Source of the DNA: Burkholderiaceae bacterium
GTDB taxonomy: Bacteria > Pseudomonadota > Gammaproteobacteria > Burkholderiales > Burkholderiaceae_F
Direction of reading: 5' to 3'
Length of the DNA: 64,000 nucleotides
NCBI GenBank assembly: GCA_017461315.1
Contig: JAFTYR010000004.1
Span: 5,397 to 69,396 of the forward strand
Both the position numbers and the translations under genes were made by a program. Positions 29,438-36,787 of the stretch are shown here, piece by piece; position 1 is the first letter of the stretch; each line of letters begins with the position of its first letter. The notes below the pieces were generated by a model that was not told the origin of the DNA, ran no database searches, and worked only from the letters and a program-made list of their open reading frames with translations.

Positions 29438-29704
29438 TTATTTGCGACGTGTGGCAGTGGTTGTAGTGGCAGGAGTTGGACGTCCTTCAATGTGACGGAA
29501 CGTGATACGACCCTTGCTCAAATCATAAGGAGAAAGTTCTAGAGAAACTTTATCGCCAGCCAAAATGCGGATATGGTGTTTACGCATCTTTCCGTTGGTG
29601 TAAGCGACTAATTCGTGACCATTGTCTAAAACTACGCGATAACGGGCATCGGGAAGCACTTCGCTAACGACACCACTCATTTCAATTAGATCTTCTTTTG
29701 CCAT
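29438..29704 (-). CDS. infA: translation initiation factor IF-1, with a 16-aa C-terminal extension
   Basis: [70 protein letters not shown], followed by [18 protein letters not shown]. Confidence 0.95.
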   Translation of the reverse strand: MAKEDLIEMSGVVSEVLPDARYRVVLDNGHELVAYTNGKMRKHHIRILAGDKVSLELSPYDLSKGRITFRHIEGRPTPATTTTATRRK

Positions 29705-29980
29705 ATATTTGTTTATTTATCTTCATCTTACGCCCAAAGGGCAATTTTTAAATTTTACAGGAAAAAAAGTTATTCCTTCAAGGAATCTAGCTTTGAGATG
29801 AATAAATTAGGATAATTTCTTCATTTATTTCGGTTCTACCGCAAGGTTTTTACGGGAAATTACTTTTTTTTAAGTTTACTTGGCACTTATAAAGTCAAAC
29901 TTGGACAACCTCGTTTAAAATCACAGAAATAATCGGTCTTATTAAAGGTTAAAAAGGTAAGCCTTTAGCGTGACCAGGAA

Positions 29981-30538
29981 ATGGAGAAAAAATTGAAGAA
30001 TATTCTCGTGATCTATTATTCTCGCCATGGACATACAGCTCGCATGGTACGTCGCATTGTTGAAAAACTTAAAGAGCTCGGTAATCATGCAGAAATGATG
30101 CCAGTAGCAGAAGCTCTGCGAGAAGGTGTTGATTGGGATAATTGGGATTTCGTTCTTTTCGGAACTCCCGTTGTTTATGGTACTTACCATCCAAGTGTTT
30201 TCGAATTTGTTCGTAATAACTGTACACGTTTGGATCGTAAACCTAATGCGATGTTTAACGTTACGGTTGTAGCTCGTACCCCATATAAGGCAACGGTCGA
30301 AGGTAACCGTTATATGCAGAACTTCTTGAAGCGCTCTCCATGGCGTCCGAAAGATCTCAAGTGTTTTGCCGGAAAAATCGACTATCCTAATTTGAATTTC
30401 TTTGATAAGCGTTGCATCCAGCTTATTATGAAAATCACTAATGGACCGACAGATCCTACCGTATGTATCGATTACACCGATTGGGATGAGGTGAATCGTT
30501 ATGCGGAGCATATTTCCCGTCTTGCTGAACAAGGTTAA
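29981..30538 (+). CDS. hemG: menaquinone-dependent protoporphyrinogen IX dehydrogenase (long-chain flavodoxin-like)
   Basis: 185 aa. ILVIYYSRHGHTARM, YGTYHPSV, RSPWRPK, KIDYPNLNFFDKRCIQLIMKITNGPTD and DYTDWDEV run parallel to E. coli HemG as I recall it. Confidence 0.85.
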   Translation: MEKKLKNILVIYYSRHGHTARMVRRIVEKLKELGNHAEMMPVAEALREGVDWDNWDFVLFGTPVVYGTYHPSVFEFVRNNCTRLDRKPNAMFNVTVVARTPYKATVEGNRYMQNFLKRSPWRPKDLKCFAGKIDYPNLNFFDKRCIQLIMKITNGPTDPTVCIDYTDWDEVNRYAEHISRLAEQG

Positions 30539-30557
30539 TTAATTTTTAAGTAGTAAG

Positions 30558-30598
30558 CAGAAAACTGCTCAATGTCGGTAGTTTTCTGTTTCTGCTTT
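30558..30598 (+). terminator. intrinsic terminator after hemG
   Basis: 9-bp stem CAGAAAACT/AGTTTTCTG followed by TTTCTGCTTT. Confidence 0.6.
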
Positions 30599-30615
30599 GA
30601 GAAAAGGATTTAAGA

Positions 30616-32316
30616 ATGGCAGAAGACCTTGGATTTCCATGGCTTAGAAATTACCCAGAGGGACTTCCTCATACGATCGATCCCGACCGTTATCTTTCTT
30701 TAGTTGATTTTCAAGCAAAATTCTGTGAAAAGTTTGCGCATTTGCCTGCATTTACAAATTTTGGCAAAACCATTTCGTACGCAGAGTTTGATCAAAAAAG
30801 TAGTGCATTTGCTTCTTACTTGATGTCACTTCCTGGAATCAAAAAGGGAGATCGAGTTGCTTTAATGATGCCTAATTTATTGCAATACCCTGTTGCTCTT
30901 TTTGGTGTTTTGAAAGCAGGTTTAATCGTTGTTAACGTCAATCCTCTTTATACATCTCGAGAACTCTTGGGAACTTTGAAGGATTCTGGCGCTAAAATTT
31001 TAGTTATTGTCGAAAATTTTGCCAAGACGTTTGAACGTATTCAGAAAGAATCAAGTGTTGAACATGTCATCACGACCCAGGTGGGTGATTTATTGAGTGC
31101 TCCGAAGCGTCTCTTGATTAACTTTGTTCTCAAAAAAGTTAAGAAGATGGTGCCGGAATTCCATCTTCCTGAAGCTGTTTCTTTCTTAGAAGCTCTTCAA
31201 AAGGGTAGCTCTACTTCCTTTAATCCTCCAGAAATTGATCGAGAAGATATTGCTTTCTTGCAATACACAGGAGGTACAACAGGAGTTCCTAAGGGAGCGA
31301 TGTTGACTCATCGTAACGTGTTGGCCAATGTATTACAAACAGGTGCTTGGGTCAGCCGAGATTTCGAAGAGGGTAAAGAGCGAGTAATGACCGCTTTACC
31401 GCTTTATCATATCTTTAGCTTAACGGCGACATGCTTCTGTCTACAGTGGGGGGCTCATTGTATTCTCATCACGAATCCTCGTGATATGAAGGGATTAGTT
31501 AAAGAATGTGCTAAGTGGAAGTTCAGCTTAATCTGTGGCGTTAATACCTTGTTTAACGGCTTATTGCATACACCTGGATTTAAAGACTTAGATTTCTCTA
31601 GTTTAAAACTAACCGTTGGCGGTGGAACTCAGGTACAAAAACCAGTTGCCGAAGAATGGTTTAAGGCGACTAAGGGTGAAATTATTGAAGCTTATGGTCT
31701 GACGGAGTGTTCTCCCGGGGTTGCTGCGAATCCGCTTAACACACCATGGAATGGCTCGGTTGGATTCCCACTCCCTTCGACTGAAGTTACGATTCGTGGT
31801 GAAGGTTTCCGCGATTTAGGTACTTGGGTAACGGCTGGGGAAATTGAACAAAAGACCGGAGAAATCTGCGTTCGTGGACCTCAAGTCATGAAAGGCTACT
31901 GGCAAAAACCGGAAGAAACGGCCAATGTGCTTCATGATGGTTGGTTAAGAACTGGAGATATCGGAAACATGGATTCCAATGGTCGTATTACGATCACGGA
32001 TCGTCAGAAAGATATGATTTTAGTTTCTGGCTTTAACGTTTATCCAAATGAAGTTGAGTCCGTTCTTCAGAGTATGCCTCAGGTTTTAGAGTGCGGTGTG
32101 GTTGGTGTGCCGAGTGCTAAATCGGGAGAAACCGTTAAGGCTGTTATTGTGAAGAAAGATCCTTCTTTAACCAAGGAAGAAGTGATTAAGTATTGCCGAC
32201 AACAGTTAACCGGCTACAAAATGCCAAGAGAAATCGTCTTTGTAGATTCAATTCCTAAGACACCGGTCGGTAAGATTCTCAGAAGAGAACTTAAAGATTT
32301 AGTAGAAAAAGTGTGA
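30616..32316 (+). CDS. fadD: long-chain-fatty-acid--CoA ligase
   Basis: 566 aa. AMP-binding motif LQYTGGTTGVPKGAMLTHRN, plus TGDIG and PKTPVGKILRREL. Confidence 0.9.
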   Translation: MAEDLGFPWLRNYPEGLPHTIDPDRYLSLVDFQAKFCEKFAHLPAFTNFGKTISYAEFDQKSSAFASYLMSLPGIKKGDRVALMMPNLLQYPVALFGVLKAGLIVVNVNPLYTSRELLGTLKDSGAKILVIVENFAKTFERIQKESSVEHVITTQVGDLLSAPKRLLINFVLKKVKKMVPEFHLPEAVSFLEALQKGSSTSFNPPEIDREDIAFLQYTGGTTGVPKGAMLTHRNVLANVLQTGAWVSRDFEEGKERVMTALPLYHIFSLTATCFCLQWGAHCILITNPRDMKGLVKECAKWKFSLICGVNTLFNGLLHTPGFKDLDFSSLKLTVGGGTQVQKPVAEEWFKATKGEIIEAYGLTECSPGVAANPLNTPWNGSVGFPLPSTEVTIRGEGFRDLGTWVTAGEIEQKTGEICVRGPQVMKGYWQKPEETANVLHDGWLRTGDIGNMDSNGRITITDRQKDMILVSGFNVYPNEVESVLQSMPQVLECGVVGVPSAKSGETVKAVIVKKDPSLTKEEVIKYCRQQLTGYKMPREIVFVDSIPKTPVGKILRRELKDLVEKV

Positions 32317-32341
32317 TTGGCTTGAATTAGTCAAAATACAG

Positions 32342-32379
32342 GGCAGTTTGTTTAAATGAACAGACTGCCTACTTATTTA
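32342..32379 (+). terminator. intrinsic terminator after fadD
   Basis: 11-bp stem GGCAGTTTGTT/AACAGACTGCC (one G-U pair) followed by TACTTATTT. Confidence 0.6.
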
Positions 32380-32419
32380 ATTAGAGGCTTTTTTAAATAG
32401 GGCAAGGAGAAAGTAGAAC

Positions 32420-33691
32420 ATGTATTCTCAGGAAGAATTGAGCAGACTGTGTCATCAGATTCATCAATATCCCGAACCCGGTTGGTGTGAATTTGTTACT
32501 ACCGCTCGTTTAGTAAAGCATTTAATGCCAATGGGTCTTGAAGTACTCACAGGCACTAAAATCATTAATCCGAAGTATGTTGCCGGTCGAAACTTAGAAC
32601 AAGTGAATTTATTCTTAGAGAAAGCCAGAGAGTATGGTGTTTCTGAACTGGAATTAAAGAGCTTTGAGGACTATACCGGTTGTGTAGCCATTCTTAAGAC
32701 AGGACGTCCCGGTCCTGTATTGGCGATTCGTTGTGATATCGACTGTGTTGAAGTCAGTGAATCAACGGATCCACAACATCGTCCAGCCAAAGAAGGCTGG
32801 GCAAGCCAGAACGAAGGTTGTATGCATTCATGTGGACACGATGCGCATCAGACCATCGGTATTGGTCTTTGTTCATGGTTGGCAGATCACCGTGATGAAC
32901 TTTGTGGCACGATCAAGGTATTGTTCCAACCGGCCGAAGAAGGTGTTAGAGGTGCTCGTCCAATGGCTGAAAGCGGTATTTTGGATGATGTCGATTATTT
33001 CTTTGCAAGCCATATTGGTATTGATGTTCCAACCGGAAAGATTTCAGCCCATCCAGGTTGCTTCTTGGCTTCTAAGAAATTAGATGCCGTATTTACGGGT
33101 AAAGCATCGCATGCAGGTGCGAATGCAGAACGAGGTCGTAATGCACTCTTAGCGGCTTCGACCGCTGCTCTTGCTGTTACAGCAATTGCTCGTCACGGAC
33201 AGGGACGCTCTGCTGTCAATGTCGGTACTTTACATGCTGGAGAGGGTCGTAATGTGATTGCCTCTACAGCTAAGTTGCAACTTGAAGTTCGTGGTGAAAC
33301 CGAAGAAATTAATAGCTACATGTATGAAGAAGCGGTAAGACGTCTTGAGGGCGCCGCTACCATGTACGGCTGTACACTTGAAATTCTTCCTCAAGGTGAA
33401 GCAACCGAATTTAATCCGGATGAGAAAGCAATTCTTCTTGCCGAAGAAGTCGCTAACGAGATTGTTGGAAAGGAAAATACAGCTCGCCTGCATCAGCCAA
33501 TGGGAAGTGAAGATGCCACCATCATGCTAAAACGAGTTCAATCTCATGGTGGAATTGGAACTTATCTCTTGTTTGGTTCCGATCTTAAGGCCGGTCACCA
33601 TCAAAATCTCTTTGATTTTGATGAAAAAGTAATCGGCATCGCTCTTCGTTTCTATGAAGCGTTGGTTAGCAAAATCAGTGGCGTCAAATAA
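32420..33691 (+). CDS. M20D-family amidohydrolase (AbgA / hippurate hydrolase-like)
   Basis: 423 aa. SCGHDAH metal-binding block and FQPAEEG. Confidence 0.8.
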   Translation: MYSQEELSRLCHQIHQYPEPGWCEFVTTARLVKHLMPMGLEVLTGTKIINPKYVAGRNLEQVNLFLEKAREYGVSELELKSFEDYTGCVAILKTGRPGPVLAIRCDIDCVEVSESTDPQHRPAKEGWASQNEGCMHSCGHDAHQTIGIGLCSWLADHRDELCGTIKVLFQPAEEGVRGARPMAESGILDDVDYFFASHIGIDVPTGKISAHPGCFLASKKLDAVFTGKASHAGANAERGRNALLAASTAALAVTAIARHGQGRSAVNVGTLHAGEGRNVIASTAKLQLEVRGETEEINSYMYEEAVRRLEGAATMYGCTLEILPQGEATEFNPDEKAILLAEEVANEIVGKENTARLHQPMGSEDATIMLKRVQSHGGIGTYLLFGSDLKAGHHQNLFDFDEKVIGIALRFYEALVSKISGVK

Positions 33692-33710
33692 TATTTGACG
33701 ACTTGAGATA

Positions 33711-33742
33711 TCTAAACTGCCCTCTTATGAGGGCGGTTTAGA
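33711..33742. terminator. strong hairpin between convergent genes (no U-tract on either strand)
   Basis: 14-bp stem TCTAAACTGCCCTC-TTAT-GAGGGCGGTTTAGA with one G-U pair. Confidence 0.5.
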
Positions 33743-33764
33743 CACTGATAAGAAAGGATTGATA

Positions 33765-34829
33765 TTAGCAACAGCGTTGACGACGGTCGCGTACGGATTT
33801 TGCTAATGTTTCGAGAACTTTTTTTGTATCTTCCCAACAGATACAAGCGTCTGTCACAGACAGACCATATTGGAGATTCTTACCGTCACCAATAGGCTGA
33901 TTGCCTTCGACTAAATTACTTTCAATCATTACCCCCATGATGTTGGAATTACCGTTAGCGACTTGCTTAGCAACATTGTTGACAACATCAATCTGCTTCT
34001 TAAATTGTTTTTCACTGTTAGAGTGACTGACGTCAATCATCAAGTTTGGAGTAATCCCAGCATTTTTTAGCTGTTCAACGGCTGAAGCAACGCTGACTTC
34101 ATCGTAATTTGGTTGTTTTCCACCACGTAAAATAACGTGACAGTCTTCATTGCCGTTAGTAACCACAATCGCAGAGTGACCACCCTTAGTGACGGAAAGG
34201 AAGACATGTTCGTGACGAGAAGCTTTTACTGCATCAATCGCAATTTTTACATTACCGTCGGTACCATTTTTAAAGCCAACTGGACAAGATAAACCGCTTG
34301 CAAGCTCTCTATGAACCTGACTTTCGGTGGTTCTTGCTCCAATGGCACCCCAGGCGATAAGGTCTGCAATGTACTGTGGGGTGATCATATCGAGGTATTC
34401 GGTCGCAGCAGGGACTCCCTTTTCGTTAATATCTAGGAGCAACTCTCTAGCTAATCTCAAACCGTGATTAATACGGAAGCTACTATCTAAGTCTGGGTCA
34501 TTAATGAGTCCTTTCCATCCCAGAGCGGTTCGTGGTTTTTCAAAATACACGCGCATAATGATTTCTAAATCCTGCATGTGTTTACGACGTAATTCGGCAA
34601 GTTTGTCTGCGTATTCGAGAGCGGCTTCTGGATCGTGAATAGAACAGGGGCCGACAATCACGAGTAGACGATCGTCACGGCCATGGATGATGTCTGAGGC
34701 AGAAGAGCGGGCATGATGAACGGTGGCTGAAGCAACCTTTTCACACGGGAACTCTCGAATTAAATGAGACGGTGGTGTCAGTTCACGAATTTCTTTGATT
34801 CGTAAATCATCGGTCGTGTAATTCTGCAT
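33765..34829 (-). CDS. aroG: class I (AroG-type) 3-deoxy-7-phosphoheptulonate (DAHP) synthase
   Basis: 354 aa. MQNYTTDDLRIKEIRELTPP..., GPCSIHD, RVYFEKPRT and GARTTESQVHRELASGLSCPVGFKNGTDG are nearly collinear with E. coli AroG. Confidence 0.95.
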   Translation of the reverse strand: MQNYTTDDLRIKEIRELTPPSHLIREFPCEKVASATVHHARSSASDIIHGRDDRLLVIVGPCSIHDPEAALEYADKLAELRRKHMQDLEIIMRVYFEKPRTALGWKGLINDPDLDSSFRINHGLRLARELLLDINEKGVPAATEYLDMITPQYIADLIAWGAIGARTTESQVHRELASGLSCPVGFKNGTDGNVKIAIDAVKASRHEHVFLSVTKGGHSAIVVTNGNEDCHVILRGGKQPNYDEVSVASAVEQLKNAGITPNLMIDVSHSNSEKQFKKQIDVVNNVAKQVANGNSNIMGVMIESNLVEGNQPIGDGKNLQYGLSVTDACICWEDTKKVLETLAKSVRDRRQRCC

Positions 34830-34862
34830 AGGTATTTTCCTTTCTTATCATGAGGCCATCCA

Positions 34863-34898
34863 TTAAAAAACCGCCTGAGGTTTGAACCTTAGGCGGTT
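34863..34898 (-). terminator. intrinsic terminator about 35 nt upstream of the aroG ATG (the terminator arm of the candidate attenuator)
   Basis: RNA AACCGCCUAAGGU-UCAA-ACCUCAGGCGGUU followed by UUUU. The flanks CAUCCAUUAA and UUAAUGGAUG can extend the helix. Confidence 0.75.
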
Positions 34899-34915
34899 AA
34901 TGGATGTTTTGAGTT

Positions 34916-34996
34916 TTATTTGGTACGCATCAGCATCTTCCGCCTATTTGTGGAATAGTAAAAATAAAACGAAAAGCTAAAGCGTACGTTAGACAT
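34916..34996 (-). CDS. candidate Phe/Tyr-rich leader peptide (26 aa) of aroG
   Basis: ATG 34996 to TAA 34916 encodes MSNVRFSFSFYFYYSTNRRKMLMRTK. Seven of the nine codons 6-14 are Phe or Tyr. No clear SD. It is too short for the ORF track. Confidence 0.6.
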   Translation of the reverse strand: MSNVRFSFSFYFYYSTNRRKMLMRTK

Positions 34997-35076
34997 ATCT
35001 GTCAGGTTCACAAAATGATTGAACTGTTAAAAATATAACTCAAAAAATAGGAATAAACGAAAATAGAAAAACTTTT

Positions 35077-36036
35077 TTAAAAATCACTCATAAAGAAGAA
35101 CACAGTACAGTGATAGAAGACGGGAGCAGCGAAGAAAAGCATCTCCATCTTATCAAGTACACCACGCGTGAGCATGTAGCTGGTATCTAGTCTTTTAGCC
35201 CCTAGTGAACGTTTTATCGAGGTCATCACTAGGCCACCCAAGGTACCCGAGATGATAATCACCAATGACATGAGCGGAGCCTGCCATGCTCTAAATGGGG
35301 TAAGCCAAAAGAGTGCAGAACCCATGAGGAGTGCTCCAAAACTACCAATAAAGATTCCTTTATAGGTCTTATAAGGGTTACTGAATGTAGGACGACCCTG
35401 CCAAATAGCACTTGCCATGATCTGGAAAAGATCTGCAAAGTAAAGTACTAATAGGAAGTAAAGCATCAATAACAGTCCATTTGAATGGTACCGTTGTAAG
35501 TTAAGTGTTGCAATTGCAGGAGCATGGCTGATACAGAACACAGTTAACATAATGCCCCACTGTACCTTTGCAACACGCTCTAAGAAGCGATCCATGTTTT
35601 TCCCGAGTGCCATCACAACAGGAAGCGTCAGGAAAAGATAGATTGGAATAAATAACGTAAAGAGGCCAATCGCATCAAATCCCAAAAAGATGTATTGCAA
35701 GGGAATAGCGATGTAGAACGCAATGATCAGGATAAGATGATCTTGCCTTCTAGTAGGCGTTAATGCAATAAATTCTCGTAATGCAAAAAAAGACATTAAA
35801 GCGAAAATAAAAAGAAGCGCAATTTCACCAACGCAAAAAGCGATTGTAAAGATGATAATTAAAGGCCAAGAAGAACGAACCCTGGAATTAACAATACGGA
35901 TACTGTTCGTTCGTACTTCATTTCCTGTAGCCCGCTTTGCTAACCAACTCCCTACAAACGTACCAATAGTAGAGAGCAAAATTAAAACAGCGAGAATCGT
36001 AAAAAACGCTTCTTGAGTAGAAAAGCCTAGACGCAT
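35077..36036 (-). CDS. CdsA-family (CTP_transf_1) membrane protein with a degenerate catalytic signature
   Basis: 319 aa, polytopic. The C-terminal block TSIKRSLGAKRLDTSYMLTRGVLDKMEMLFFAAPVFY aligns to the CdsA motif KR-x4-KD...PGHGG..DRxD, but with key residues replaced. Confidence 0.7.
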   Translation of the reverse strand: MRLGFSTQEAFFTILAVLILLSTIGTFVGSWLAKRATGNEVRTNSIRIVNSRVRSSWPLIIIFTIAFCVGEIALLFIFALMSFFALREFIALTPTRRQDHLILIIAFYIAIPLQYIFLGFDAIGLFTLFIPIYLFLTLPVVMALGKNMDRFLERVAKVQWGIMLTVFCISHAPAIATLNLQRYHSNGLLLMLYFLLVLYFADLFQIMASAIWQGRPTFSNPYKTYKGIFIGSFGALLMGSALFWLTPFRAWQAPLMSLVIIISGTLGGLVMTSIKRSLGAKRLDTSYMLTRGVLDKMEMLFFAAPVFYHCTVFFFMSDF

Positions 36037-36038
36037 GA

Positions 36039-36653
36039 TTAAAGCTCCCGTGCCAGACGGATCACCGCACTTCTGGCTCTTTCTAAAAATAAGTCTTTTG
36101 GATCTTCAGCGGAATGCTGTAATGGGGTTCCAAACCGAACTGAACAAAGAGTAGGAACGGGTAAAAGAGCTCCTTTAGGCATCGAACGATGAAGATTCTC
36201 TAAGTAAACAGGGATTAGTTCGACTTCCGGAAATTCACACATTAAACGCCAGATACCACTCTTAAATGGACCAGGAAGTGGTTGAGGTGAGCGAGTGCCT
36301 TCCGGAAAGATGATTAAGGAGTCGCCATTGCGGAGTGCGTCACGCATTGGATCGAGCGGGTCTCCATTAGATGATCTTCGACGGTCTACCAAAACACAAT
36401 TTAATTCATCGACAGCAATACGTTTACGGATACCACTTTGCCAGTAGTCACGAGCAGCGACGGGCCGAGTGACCGCTCTTAGCTCTCGAGGTAGCGAGGA
36501 CCAAATTACAATCGTGTCCAAGTGACTCGTATGATTAGCAAAATAAATGCGTTGTTTCTTTTCTGGTAAGCAACCAATCCATTGAGGATAAGCACCAACC
36601 AAAAGCCGAGTTAACCACGTGATACCCGGCATGAATTTAAAGGCCTGAATCAA
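36039..36653 (-). CDS. PlsC-type lysophospholipid acyltransferase
   Basis: NHTSHLDT (HX4D) and FPEGTRS motifs. The start is TTG 36653 or ATG 36632. Confidence 0.8.
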   Translation of the reverse strand: MIQAFKFMPGITWLTRLLVGAYPQWIGCLPEKKQRIYFANHTSHLDTIVIWSSLPRELRAVTRPVAARDYWQSGIRKRIAVDELNCVLVDRRRSSNGDPLDPMRDALRNGDSLIIFPEGTRSPQPLPGPFKSGIWRLMCEFPEVELIPVYLENLHRSMPKGALLPVPTLCSVRFGTPLQHSAEDPKDLFLERARSAVIRLAREL

Positions 36654-36787
36654 TTTCAGCTCCGTCCCATATGCGATTTTCTAATTATGCCTTCTCTGTG
36701 GTCTTTGTGGTGAATACAAAATAGAGTAAAAACCACGATTTTTAGGCCTTAGAATAGAAAATTGCATCGTTACCACAAATTTTTTAT

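Noticed and set aside
29942-30532. 196-aa ORF antisense to hemG, spanning almost the whole gene.
   Set aside because: The plus-strand frame is clearly HemG by motif content. The antisense frame is open only because hemG happens to contain no TTA, CTA or TCA codons. The antisense product is low-complexity with no recognisable motif, SD or promoter.
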